Of a DNA stretch of 64,000 bases, positions 36,901-46,708 are shown in pieces. The notes beneath the pieces are model-generated. The model saw nothing but the letters and a program-made list of their open reading frames with translations. It was not told the origin of the DNA and made no database searches. How positions within the stretch are numbered: the stretch's first letter is position 1; each line of letters begins with the position of its first letter. Source of the DNA: a virus; the IMG/VR virus record IMGVR_UViG_3300042898_001439, positions 1 through 64,000 of that record, one strand, 5' to 3'. A program made the position numbers and the translations under genes.

Positions 36901-39900
36901 CAGATACTTGTACGAGTGATTCACCGTTTACCTTAGTGCGGATAACCTCGTTAGCCACAATAGAATAAAGAGCTTTTTCAATCTCGTTTGCAGCTAGAGA
37001 AAAGTCAAGAGCTGATTTTAAATTACCGTTTCCAGCTTGCTCTACATAATCTACAACATGCTGAGGAAGCTGACGCTGCTCCAGCTTTTGCTTTAAATAA
37101 GTAAGAAGCTTGCTTGTATCTGTAACAGTGTAGCTACCATTTTCTTTTGCAATACCAATCTCAGTGTAGAGTTTCTCAAGCTTAAGCGTAACCTGCTTTT
37201 CAACAAGTGCTTCATATTGATCTACAAGTCTTTCTGCATTCTTAGATACCGGCTTACCACCATCATACATATACTGAAGAATAAGCTTTCTCAACTGAGT
37301 AGAGAATCTAACTTCTTCTTTAAATGAATCAGAAATATTTACCTGATCTTTCAAGAACGGTAGGTGAACCTGATATGTATTGAGCGGACCCTCTACAAAC
37401 TTGCCATCAGCATCTACAAACTTTGTTGCAGGCTTACCATCGGCAAGCTTACTACCAGACTTAAATGTCACATAGTGCACATTCTGTCTAACCATCTGAT
37501 TATGCAATTGCTCAAGGTTAGTACCTTTTACAACGGAGGGAACCAGTGGGAATAGTGAGAACTTATGAAAAGCGTATACAGCAAGATTAGAAGTTTGGAT
37601 AGGTCCAAAGTACTGATACTTTAAAGGAGGGAATGTTTTAAGAATCTTATTAGGATCTACAGCCTCACCGTTAGCAATCTTTTTATAAAGATCTTCTTGT
37701 TGTGGTGACCACTTACCAAGAAGTTGTCTTGAAGCTTTATAAAAATCAAAGCTAATGTAACCCTGACCATCAGCAGCGTTGGTTTCTTTATACCCGTCAA
37801 GATATTTAGTATCAAGACCTGCAGCTTCAAATGCTTTTGTATATTCAGCAAATAGCTTAGGATTTGATTCTTCCATATTCTGAATCAAATCTTCAAGTAC
37901 GGCAACGTTTAACACACCATCAAAGGGGTTAATAGTAAAGCCTTCTTGTGCTGCTAGTCCTTTTGCATATTGGAATCCTGTTCTTGTTACATGATCAAAT
38001 GCTTTCTTGTTCATTGTATGAACATCACCGGTAGAAGCTACACCAGCATTACGCTTGTGGAAGTCATCTTTTGCATGATTGTACAGTGCAGCATCACCAT
38101 AAAGAATAGGTAATACTTCAAGATTATGAATAAGAGCATTAGCAGTATAAGCAGCTACTGCTACATCATTACTAACACCGGCAAGATTTCTAAGACTCTC
38201 TGATTTAAATGGAAGACGAGCAAAGATTTCTTTATTATTATTTATCTGACCAACAACATACTTTGCCAAAGCTTGATTAATCTTTTCAGATAGCTCCGTA
38301 TTAGCGTTAATCTGAGAAAGAATATCTCTATTATAGTCAAGAGCCATAAGCTCGTCCTTAGAGTCTTTAAGAATATCACCAAACAAAGTAAGATCTTTTG
38401 CTTTATCTGTGTAACCTGGAATATCTACATCCTGATTAATAACTGTAAGAGCTCGTGTTACTTCATTAGCAACATGCTGTTTCATTAAGTCAACAGTAGC
38501 CTTGATACCACGATCATCAGCAAATCTATTTATATCTACGTAAAGATGTGGGTTGTTTGTATTGTACTTAGTACTCAATCTAGCACCTTTAACTGCATAA
38601 GCACTGGATTTAGAAGCATGACGCATAAGCTCCATATCACCGGAGCTAAGCATTGCATTCATATCATAGATAAACTTGCTGTAAGGATCAAGAGCTGTTG
38701 TAGATATACCTGTAGATCTATCACTATCAATAAGCTTTACACCATTGAAGTTAGAAAGCTCAAGCTTTCCTCCAGGTATTCTCTCACCAAACTTAACTCT
38801 TACTGTTTCACCAGTAGCGGGATTTCTGTACGACGTAAACTCCTTGGTGATATCAAGATTAAATACAGATCCTAAGATGTGGTTACCCTTAAGCATAGGA
38901 TTCTTTGTAATATCCCAGCTTGCCATATGTGGCATCTTAACGATATCTTGGTAAGTCAACTCAGGATTGTTAATCATAGAAACAATCTGAGTAATAGTAT
39001 TATTCAGAGAGTATTCATTCTGAGGATTGTTCTCAGCGTTAAGAACTTGACCCATCAAAGCTTTATCAGAAGAAAGTCTTCTGTAATCTAATAGGTCATT
39101 AATAAGCTTAGCATTACTCTCAAGCTCAAGATCTTTTCTAGTCTGCTTTAGAGTTGATACAGAATTAGCAATACCAGTAAACTCCGGTGACTTAGAATCT
39201 TTAGCGTAGATCTTATTGAGTGCAGGACGCAAGTAAGTATTTACTCTATTAGTAAACTTCTTTAGATCTTCTCTAACAATAGCAGTGTCATCAAAGTAAA
39301 TACCAATTGCCTGAAGGTAATCGTATACGTTTGCATGTGTTACAGCTTTAAAGTCTTGATTGAGTTTTGTTACATTCAAGACAGTACCTGCACTAGTCTT
39401 AGTTACATAAGGATTTACTTCTCCACTAATCGTTTGACCAAGAGTAAACAGTCTATGCCACTCTCTTTCTACCTTTTTATTATCACCAATAGCACGACCA
39501 AAAGTCTCAAGAGTTTTACCCTCAGCTTTAGTAACAGTCATTTCCTTAATAGGAATCTCGTACTTATTAAATGTCTGGTAGAACTTTGTCCACATAGATA
39601 GACCAGCATCGCTAACAATAACTAAAGGATCTCCAAGCTTATCCGCAACTTGGTTTAGCATAGAGTTTTTAGAAGACTTGAGAATCTCATACATCTTCTG
39701 CTCATTGTAACCCTTACCTGATACAGCTTTGGCTACTTTCTTAAATACTTCTTCTCCGCTATAGAGTTTAGGTAGACCAAAGTAATTCGTCGTATCAGCT
39801 TTAATACTGCGAAGAGTGTACATAATTACCGGATCCGCATAATCAACCAGTGTACCTTCAGTTCCAGATCTATCTTGAAGCTGAGTGTAGTCCATTGTGT

Positions 39901-41248
39901 CATTCTCATCAATATCAAGAATATCAGCAACAGACTTTGCAGTAATCTTAAAATCAAGATACTTACTACGCTTCTTATGGTATGCAATCGTACCGGTAGC
40001 ACCACGCTTGGATGCAGAAACTACATCACCATAGTTATTAATAGCAAAGTCAAGAGCATTTAGTTTTTCAATTAGTTGCTCTCTTTCAATTGGATCAATT
40101 GTAGCTTCTACTCCTGCAGCTACTGCACTGCGTACAGCTTTTAAACCTGACAGAGCTACATCATACACAGACTTAAGAGTTTCTTCTGTAGAGAAGAGTA
40201 CGCTTACAGGTAGATTGTTTTTATCAAGAGCTTCAGAGATGAAGTAATCAATTGCCTCAACCACAGCCAAAGACTGAGTAGAAGTCAAAGATGTTTGCTT
40301 GTCTTCAATTCCGGTTAAACCTTTATTAAGAAGACCAAACTGTACATTATCAAGAGACGGTTTAAGATTTAAGGTATGACCCTTATAAAGGTTATCATAC
40401 ATCTCTTGTATACTAACAAGAGCAGTCTGCTTGCTGAGAGCTTCTCTTGCAGATACTCCGCCAAAGAGTTGCTTCAAGAATCTAAGAAGCTTTCTAAAAA
40501 TTGTATTTCTTTCTGGACGCTTACCAAGTACAAGCTTACCATCAGACAAAAGATATTTTCTAAAATCTTCTGCAAGTGTTTCTTCTACCTGAAAATCGGT
40601 AAGCTTAGAACCAAGAACCTTTCTTGCTTCATTGTATAGAGCTTGCTTCTGACCTTTTGTAAGATATAACTGGCTGAATCCGTGAAAAGCTTCGTGGTAG
40701 ATATCAGTGTAGTTAGCACCATGAAATAGTGTGATACCATACTGAGTCCACTGTGCAAACGCATTACTGTTTACCACATTGAATGCTTCTTGCAAACCAA
40801 TGTTCTTACTCAGAGGGCTTTTATCCCACCATTCTTTAGCAGCTTTTACCTGATCTACAGTAGCTTGGTTATCATTACCCTTAAGCTTAAAGAGATACCA
40901 ATCGTCATAAGTAATACCGGAACGCTCTGCATCTTGACGTTGAACATTTCTAGCATCTTCACGCTCTTCATACTTTCTAAAGACACGATCTACAAATGCC
41001 GGATCGGGTGTAATGTCAATGTACTTCTGACCATTATCCTCAAATGCAATCTTTGCAGCTTTACCACCAAACAAGTCATTGATTTGGTTTACAGCTTTAG
41101 CTATAGCATTACTTTTTTGTCCTGCCTGATTAATACCAATATAAGTAATAGAATTAGTAGACTCTAGATATTCTCTAGCGCTTTCCTTGATTCTTTTTAC
41201 AAATTCAATCCGGATACTCTCCTCAATATCAAGCGAACATAGTCTCAT
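33926..41248 (-). CDS. virion RNA polymerase (single-chain, crAss-like / phi14:2 gp66 type) with N-terminal zincin-like domain
   Basis: Catalytic GGDFDIDKL (about 36525-36550), RIPVQG and ADGQGY motifs; N-terminal YHEAFH...EETLAEDF. Confidence 0.92.
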   Translation of the reverse strand: MRLCSLDIEESIRIEFVKRIKESAREYLESTNSITYIGINQAGQKSNAIAKAVNQINDLFGGKAAKIAFEDNGQKYIDITPDPAFVDRVFRKYEEREDARNVQRQDAERSGITYDDWYLFKLKGNDNQATVDQVKAAKEWWDKSPLSKNIGLQEAFNVVNSNAFAQWTQYGITLFHGANYTDIYHEAFHGFSQLYLTKGQKQALYNEARKVLGSKLTDFQVEETLAEDFRKYLLSDGKLVLGKRPERNTIFRKLLRFLKQLFGGVSAREALSKQTALVSIQEMYDNLYKGHTLNLKPSLDNVQFGLLNKGLTGIEDKQTSLTSTQSLAVVEAIDYFISEALDKNNLPVSVLFSTEETLKSVYDVALSGLKAVRSAVAAGVEATIDPIEREQLIEKLNALDFAINNYGDVVSASKRGATGTIAYHKKRSKYLDFKITAKSVADILDIDENDTMDYTQLQDRSGTEGTLVDYADPVIMYTLRSIKADTTNYFGLPKLYSGEEVFKKVAKAVSGKGYNEQKMYEILKSSKNSMLNQVADKLGDPLVIVSDAGLSMWTKFYQTFNKYEIPIKEMTVTKAEGKTLETFGRAIGDNKKVEREWHRLFTLGQTISGEVNPYVTKTSAGTVLNVTKLNQDFKAVTHANVYDYLQAIGIYFDDTAIVREDLKKFTNRVNTYLRPALNKIYAKDSKSPEFTGIANSVSTLKQTRKDLELESNAKLINDLLDYRRLSSDKALMGQVLNAENNPQNEYSLNNTITQIVSMINNPELTYQDIVKMPHMASWDITKNPMLKGNHILGSVFNLDITKEFTSYRNPATGETVRVKFGERIPGGKLELSNFNGVKLIDSDRSTGISTTALDPYSKFIYDMNAMLSSGDMELMRHASKSSAYAVKGARLSTKYNTNNPHLYVDINRFADDRGIKATVDLMKQHVANEVTRALTVINQDVDIPGYTDKAKDLTLFGDILKDSKDELMALDYNRDILSQINANTELSEKINQALAKYVVGQINNNKEIFARLPFKSESLRNLAGVSNDVAVAAYTANALIHNLEVLPILYGDAALYNHAKDDFHKRNAGVASTGDVHTMNKKAFDHVTRTGFQYAKGLAAQEGFTINPFDGVLNVAVLEDLIQNMEESNPKLFAEYTKAFEAAGLDTKYLDGYKETNAADGQGYISFDFYKASRQLLGKWSPQQEDLYKKIANGEAVDPNKILKTFPPLKYQYFGPIQTSNLAVYAFHKFSLFPLVPSVVKGTNLEQLHNQMVRQNVHYVTFKSGSKLADGKPATKFVDADGKFVEGPLNTYQVHLPFLKDQVNISDSFKEEVRFSTQLRKLILQYMYDGGKPVSKNAERLVDQYEALVEKQVTLKLEKLYTEIGIAKENGSYTVTDTSKLLTYLKQKLEQRQLPQHVVDYVEQAGNGNLKSALDFSLAANEIEKALYSIVANEVIRTKVNGESLVQVSGVGFEKIGTEGESKLKFYRKAGDITEPMEVKIALQGRFKELLKLNHNDGKEIGTLERLNEMIKKTSFNVLYKEMLQMIAVRIPVQGHNSMEFMQVAEFLPEESGISIVLPYEITTKSGGDFDIDKLTVMMPNIKVKNGELILDLSEETIEGVENNIIQSVVEILESPENFVNLIRPNATDMVKPIADEFAAKGYNKKFNWSNSPLKIIEVGYNLNKHESNGVGKMVLGIAAVDNTNNTVMNRTGFKLSLKIQYSLGAKKFEFDNNILLPHNSEDGAIVMDRLRTMQKESIGDIIAQLMNGWVDVEKDAWIFEVQGNNIAGPVLLFMLGAGVPLRQAINFVSNPLVKSYVEEFKLQTSPFNLTAATTKTRRRATAAAKASSGKLDYLNSALNFLKKERNNKSFSESELTELSTGAASDQLQLEAFAHFLQLEAVSDDITGLKLSSNFDTSTFNNSFALNLREGNVQKALAGGRYNIVPEETASKYYGNKILKSFAKASYSQKEAWDFFAIRNNPAVVDFITKTFAFAENKESGISNALSQIFTAVYQEALLGADLSTKEYKGLPIQKVSLEAGATIKNGILYVDPAQLRRDLQNINTSLTKFDRARVNPSAFNFKTINGKNSFDQYYNFTLEREYLRSITTKLETETQEQYEAKLRDAALRNSNNLWYMFSSSDEARSYASTFTSIVEKHPELTSQYPVLDDLVFNRTNGIDRLKLSTRITEAEVLDSYHDNLVALADPSIQKVSDAKENKKISDFFSQFTTIAFLQNGFTSGEYNLGKIAPDNNYSSLMQQFVASKGESISEYLKGLTTKFVKFDESGAQEYVYRSSVNNYLSEYSAIQQNYIEGTNILLSATNYTAKNPLETAVKNPKFAYAIPLAKTLEAAGRNVKNAASFKLPSAVSLEEFRESVREAFQKLQYLNSEGLTPVMDSSLYSDVFEGKPEYYTVFIEEFTNTFGVLPTNNAPSATYREAVQTTQDVTDQDVLDLIKNCKS

Positions 41249-43056
41249 TACTTACAAGAGTTTTGTTTTCCTTTATTAATGTTTTCGGTAATCTTGGAAT
41301 CAACAGACTCCTGTATATTAAAGGTAGCACCTAATCCTTGATTAACAATGCTTTCTTTAAGTTGATTAGCAACAGCTTCACCTATAGAGACTAAGTCTAA
41401 TTGAAAAGACGGAGCTTTAACAACATCTGATTTTTGTTTTATTTTAACTTTTGAAACTGGTTCAGTTTTTACCTCTACTGCTTTTTGAGTTTCTAACTGT
41501 AAAGCAGGATCAAATGAAAGATTAAAGTAAGGTTTAGTAGTCTCCTCCAATCTTGCTGTAGTATTAAAATACTTAAGCATGTAATCAGTAGCAGATAGCG
41601 TATTATACTTCAAAGAATTTTGATCGTAATAAGGAATATCTACAGAGCCATTTGAACTAATGGGTGCATTGGCTCTATAAGTTGATGTTACAACACCTGA
41701 TGCAGATTCAGTAACAGACTTCAAAATTTGAGTGAGTGCTTCTTCTGTAACAGGTTGTCCTTTATAGAGAATAGCCGTCTCTCTTACTCTAATGTCTTTT
41801 GTAAATAACAAAGACTCAAAAATTTCTTTTTTTGTTTGATAGGGAACAGAAGTATCAAAAAGATATTTTGCTAAGATCTCAGCAGGTATTACATCTGTAA
41901 TTCCAGGTCTATCAATTCTAATTAATTTATTAGAAAAAGAAACATTAAAATATGCTCTTCCTGTCGCAGGATCTACTTCATAAATAAACTCTTCTCCAAA
42001 AGACTTAAAATCAATCTCAGAAAGTTTTATTGGATTACCGGAATCAAAGGTTACAGAAGCTCCAGCACTAGTATTAATATCTAGATAAATCTTTTGATCA
42101 GGATTAACCTGCAAAGCTTCTCTAATATTATATAAAGTACGATATTCTTTTTGTCTTGCCTCTTGAGCTATGTCAATATCTACTCCAGCCGCAGATGCAA
42201 CTTCTGATATAGGTGCTTCTCCTTTTACGGTAAATACACCATTAACCAAGGAAGGCTTATTTATAACATATTGTGGAGTTGTACCCTCTTCAGCAATATT
42301 ACCGGCAGCATCTACTTTAACAGGATTACCCTCAGCATTAACAATAATAGCTTTTACTCCGGCATATTCAGGATTAGCTTCAAGAAAATCTTTTTCTCTT
42401 GTAGGTATTTCACCCTCAAAAGATCTTGAATCAATTATCTGAATACGTAAACTACTATAAACAGAATCATTTGTTTTTTTACCCTGATGATACTTAGCAA
42501 TAAACTGTTGAGAAGCCTGTATGATTGGATCAATATTTCCTTCCGGTATAACATTAAATGCTGTTAAAGCACTTTTACCAACAGCTTTAAAAGGAACAGA
42601 AATAGCAGACTTATTTGTAGGCACTGCTGTACCTAATACAACTTCTGAAGATGCTCCTAATGTTTCGTCTTCTTGTAGATCTAAGCTAGCTTCATTATTT
42701 GCAAGAACCTCTTCTTTCTTTTGTTCTGCTGCTTCATTACCAATACCCAAATAAGTACCTACAGCATCAAAATTTTCAAACGTATCTCTAAGCATATCAA
42801 ACTCTGCAAAAGCAGGTCTAAGATGCTTTACTGCTTCTTTGTTTACAGAATAGATTGCTACTAAATTATTCGGAATAAACGATGCAAATGTCTGAGCCTT
42901 TGCTCGGTCACCGGTCTTTTCAAAGATTTGTTTGTACGTATCCTTGATGTAATTCTCTAAAGAAAAGGATTGACCTGAACGTGCAGACGCTAGTACGTCT
43001 CCCACCATCTTGGCAAGAAACTTTTCTTTCAGCTTATCAGAAACAGCACAAATCAT
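41248..43056 (-). CDS. virion/ejected protein (602 aa)
   Basis: Translationally coupled within the giant-gene block; Cys only at the termini. Confidence 0.7.
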   Translation of the reverse strand: MICAVSDKLKEKFLAKMVGDVLASARSGQSFSLENYIKDTYKQIFEKTGDRAKAQTFASFIPNNLVAIYSVNKEAVKHLRPAFAEFDMLRDTFENFDAVGTYLGIGNEAAEQKKEEVLANNEASLDLQEDETLGASSEVVLGTAVPTNKSAISVPFKAVGKSALTAFNVIPEGNIDPIIQASQQFIAKYHQGKKTNDSVYSSLRIQIIDSRSFEGEIPTREKDFLEANPEYAGVKAIIVNAEGNPVKVDAAGNIAEEGTTPQYVINKPSLVNGVFTVKGEAPISEVASAAGVDIDIAQEARQKEYRTLYNIREALQVNPDQKIYLDINTSAGASVTFDSGNPIKLSEIDFKSFGEEFIYEVDPATGRAYFNVSFSNKLIRIDRPGITDVIPAEILAKYLFDTSVPYQTKKEIFESLLFTKDIRVRETAILYKGQPVTEEALTQILKSVTESASGVVTSTYRANAPISSNGSVDIPYYDQNSLKYNTLSATDYMLKYFNTTARLEETTKPYFNLSFDPALQLETQKAVEVKTEPVSKVKIKQKSDVVKAPSFQLDLVSIGEAVANQLKESIVNQGLGATFNIQESVDSKITENINKGKQNSCK

Positions 43057-43057
43057 T

Positions 43058-46000
43058 TTAACACTCGTTTATATTATCAAAGAAGTCTTCATCAAGATCT
43101 TCTTTAGGTTTAGAAGCAGCATCATCAATAATTCTATTCTGCTTATTCATCATATCCTCACTAGTAGGAATAGATTCTTCGGCAAGAGTCTTCTCCTCTT
43201 CTGTAACAGCAGGAATAACTTCTCCGGCATCTGACCCAAGTTCAGCTTTTCTTTCAGCAATTCTAGTCATAATAACGTTTGCGGTTGCATCATCAAGATC
43301 TCCATCAAGGGATACCTCTGATTCAATTCTTTTAAGATCGGCAATAGATGTAGCTGACTCTACTCTAGCAGAATATTTATTTGTAGTTGGTGTCTCAGCA
43401 AAAGCTTCTTCTGCAGTTGCCGGAACAATTCCTGTTTCTTCTACTTGAGGATTAGCAGCAAAATATTCTCTAATTCTAGCTTGTGGAGTTGGGAATGTAG
43501 CGTACTGAACCACACTTCTAATAAGGTTCTCATCATTGGCTCTACGCTTAGCATTCTCACGCTCAAACATATTATCAATAATGTCCTTAAGTTCTTGCGG
43601 TAGATCAGAATACTGGTATTTCTGAGTTGGCCCTGCAGGTTCTTCAGTAGTAACTCTTACGGGCTCTGCAAATTCAGTTGCAACAGTAGGTGCTTCTTCA
43701 GTCGGAGTAACTGGTGTTTCTAAAACACCCTCTTCAGTCTGTACTTCTTCTTGTGGTTTAGCTCCAAACTCAGGTGCAAACAGACCAAGAAGATTTCTTA
43801 CAGATGCAGCCTCTTCAGAGTTAATGTCTACTTCTTTTCTACCTCTAACAGTATAAAGTTTAGTAGGCATCTTGCCCTCATCAAAGTATGCTTTTAATTC
43901 ATCATAACCAATAAAGTATCCACTCTTGTAGATTTGATTAATGATCTCATTCTTTTGAGCATTCTTTTTAAAGAGATCTAAAGACTTGCCAAGATATACT
44001 CTCTTATTTACAATAACATCTTCAATGGCAGCAGCATTTCTTCTTGCATATTCAGTTAGTCTTTCTGGACTGTTCAATGCATTAATAGCATCAATCAAAC
44101 CAAACTGATCTCTACCCAGAGCAATTGAATCTACAATAGACGTAATATCACTATCAATGTTTTGTGCATTTACTCTAGCACCTTTAGCTGTCAGACCTGC
44201 ATAAGCAGCATAAGCTTCTCTAAGACCTTCTATTGCTTTTGCTCTTTTCTCTTGAGCTGCTTCAGATATATCAGATGCATTTTTGCCAGTAATAAGTTTT
44301 TCATATCTCTGACGGGCAATCCTGTATTTATCAAGAGCCTTTCTTTTAGCTTTCTTTTCTGCAAGTAGTTGCTTTTGTTCAGGAGTAGTTGCTTCAGCAA
44401 GAACTTCCTTACTTAAAAGATCTAGTTCATTAGTTAATGCGGGAAGACTAGTAACCACATCAACATCAGAGGATGTAGTATTACCAGAAGTATTACGTTT
44501 AGAAATATCAGTCTTTAATGATTCAAATCTTTCTTTAGTCTTTTCTTGAGTTTCCTGTAAGAATATCAAATCTCTTTTAGCTTGCTCATATGAAAAGTGA
44601 TTAAGTCTTACTCTATTGTAAGCATCACTACCAGCAGCATATTGAGAAGCATCAAAAGGATTACCGTATTGCTTTTCTACTTCTTTAAATTTTTTCTGAA
44701 GATTGTCAGCATATACTACGGTCTCAGTAATTCTTTGTCTAGCTTCAGCAGCATCATCTAAACCAGTTGCCTCCATAACACCTTGATCATCAAGCTGTTG
44801 TAAAGAAGCAAGCTTCTGTTTAAAGTTATCCATTTGGCCTGTCTGAAGAACAGTCATCAAGTGACCAAAACGAAGTTCTTCAAGAACGTCTTTTGCTTTC
44901 TTCTCATCACCTTGTTGCTTAGCCTGCTGCCACTCAGCAAGAGCTTTACTCTGATCAATGTAGTTCTTGATTCTAGGATTGAAAAGAGAATAAACATCTT
45001 TAGATCCGTTATTAAGAATATCAACAAGCTCCTGAGTTCTTTCAGCTTGTTGTTGATTAAGTGTTCTGATTTCTTCTCTACCGGTAGAAGTTGCAGACTT
45101 CATAAGTCTAGATAACTTATTACCACCAACTCCAGTTATTCCACCAATAAACGCACCTGACATAAAGGTTTCCAAACCTTGTGCTGAAAACTGATCAGCA
45201 AGTGCTTCACTACTATATCTTCTAAGGGCAGGATCTGCTGCAAGATTTAGTACTTCACCAACACCATCAAATGTTCCTCTCATATCTTGAAAAGGAATAT
45301 TCAACGGATCTGATAGTATGCTACTATAGTAATCTTTATAAGACTGTGATACAATCTCCTGGAAGTTTTCTTGAAGACCTTCTGATACTGCAGGTAAAAA
45401 TACGTTTCTACCAAATCTAGAAATAGATCCAGCAGTAAATGCATTTCTTAATCCATTCTTAAAGCCTTTACCAACTGTCTCATATACACCATTTGCAGTC
45501 TGACGAATGCCATACTTAGAAAGATCAGATGTCATATCACCAGCCTTACCAAATACTCTTGAAGCAGTCTTACCCATTCCAAGAAGTGGCTTCATTACAA
45601 TAGCATCGGTAAGATAAATAACTGGAAGGTTAGCCATTACAGCTCTGTCACCAGCTTCTTTAGAAGCTTTAGAAATATTCTCAAGCTCTTCAGTTGACGG
45701 CATTACACCAAACTGATCATAATAATTATTAAGAGCTTCTCTATATAGTTCATTCTGAACAAAGCCACCTTCTAATTGAGCTTCAGTAGCCGCCGCTTTT
45801 ACAAGCTGTACTTCTTTAAATAGGGCCCCGGCACCACGAACAGCAGAGGGTAAATCTTCTCCAATAGCAGCAGCTTTAAAAGCATCACTAACATACTCAC
45901 TCATATTAGGCATTACTACTTTACCAATACCACCAGCTCCAGATTTAATCCAGTTTGGTGTGCTAGCTGAAATTGCATTTAATGCTGAAGCAGCTTTAGA

Positions 46001-46705
46001 AGGAGTAGTAATATCATCTAATGCGCTAACAACTCTTCCTGCTTTGATAGCATCATCAACTTTTGATATACCTCTAACACCTTGGAATATTTTTGAACCT
46101 AGCACACCAACACCGGCTTCAGGTCCAAGTAGCGCAGATGCAATAACACCCTCACCAAGACCTTCTACAACCATACCAGCCATAAAACCAAGATTAATAG
46201 CATTGTTTGCAAGAAATCCCTGTACTCCACCCTCTGTAGAACCATAAAGTCTATTTATCTCTTCAAATCTAGCAGCAGCTGCAGGATCTGATTCAAACAT
46301 AGTGTCCCAGTTTCCAGTAATAAGATCATAAGTACCTTCTGCCATATCAGCAGCAGTGGTTGCTGTATTAAGCAACATGCCCTGAAGACCTCTACCAATC
46401 TCTCCCCAAGCACTTGAGTGAGCATTATAAAGAGATTCATTATCAGCATACGGAGTAAATCCTAGCTCATCAAAGTTTGATCTACGAGCATAACGATAGT
46501 AGTTTGTCTCATGCAAACCAAAAGGTTCCGGAGCTTTTAACTCTACTAAAGGTTTAACATCTGCTTGAATTGAAGGTGTCCAATTAGGATTTGTAGAAGA
46601 ATTTTCTTTAATAAGTCTTTGTAATACAGGATCACCATATCCTTGAAGCTTACGAGGATCTGGCAAATTATCACCGCTTATACTTTGTAGTGAATTTAAA
46701 TCCAT
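43058..46705 (-). CDS. large virion/ejected protein with Gly/Ala-rich hydrophobic helices
   Basis: 1215 aa; potential membrane helices (LGFMAGMVVEGLGEGVIASALLG, FMSGAFIGGITGVGG), EGLQENFQ, long coiled coils. Confidence 0.7.
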   Translation of the reverse strand: MDLNSLQSISGDNLPDPRKLQGYGDPVLQRLIKENSSTNPNWTPSIQADVKPLVELKAPEPFGLHETNYYRYARRSNFDELGFTPYADNESLYNAHSSAWGEIGRGLQGMLLNTATTAADMAEGTYDLITGNWDTMFESDPAAAARFEEINRLYGSTEGGVQGFLANNAINLGFMAGMVVEGLGEGVIASALLGPEAGVGVLGSKIFQGVRGISKVDDAIKAGRVVSALDDITTPSKAASALNAISASTPNWIKSGAGGIGKVVMPNMSEYVSDAFKAAAIGEDLPSAVRGAGALFKEVQLVKAAATEAQLEGGFVQNELYREALNNYYDQFGVMPSTEELENISKASKEAGDRAVMANLPVIYLTDAIVMKPLLGMGKTASRVFGKAGDMTSDLSKYGIRQTANGVYETVGKGFKNGLRNAFTAGSISRFGRNVFLPAVSEGLQENFQEIVSQSYKDYYSSILSDPLNIPFQDMRGTFDGVGEVLNLAADPALRRYSSEALADQFSAQGLETFMSGAFIGGITGVGGNKLSRLMKSATSTGREEIRTLNQQQAERTQELVDILNNGSKDVYSLFNPRIKNYIDQSKALAEWQQAKQQGDEKKAKDVLEELRFGHLMTVLQTGQMDNFKQKLASLQQLDDQGVMEATGLDDAAEARQRITETVVYADNLQKKFKEVEKQYGNPFDASQYAAGSDAYNRVRLNHFSYEQAKRDLIFLQETQEKTKERFESLKTDISKRNTSGNTTSSDVDVVTSLPALTNELDLLSKEVLAEATTPEQKQLLAEKKAKRKALDKYRIARQRYEKLITGKNASDISEAAQEKRAKAIEGLREAYAAYAGLTAKGARVNAQNIDSDITSIVDSIALGRDQFGLIDAINALNSPERLTEYARRNAAAIEDVIVNKRVYLGKSLDLFKKNAQKNEIINQIYKSGYFIGYDELKAYFDEGKMPTKLYTVRGRKEVDINSEEAASVRNLLGLFAPEFGAKPQEEVQTEEGVLETPVTPTEEAPTVATEFAEPVRVTTEEPAGPTQKYQYSDLPQELKDIIDNMFERENAKRRANDENLIRSVVQYATFPTPQARIREYFAANPQVEETGIVPATAEEAFAETPTTNKYSARVESATSIADLKRIESEVSLDGDLDDATANVIMTRIAERKAELGSDAGEVIPAVTEEEKTLAEESIPTSEDMMNKQNRIIDDAASKPKEDLDEDFFDNINEC

Positions 46706-46708
46706 AGC

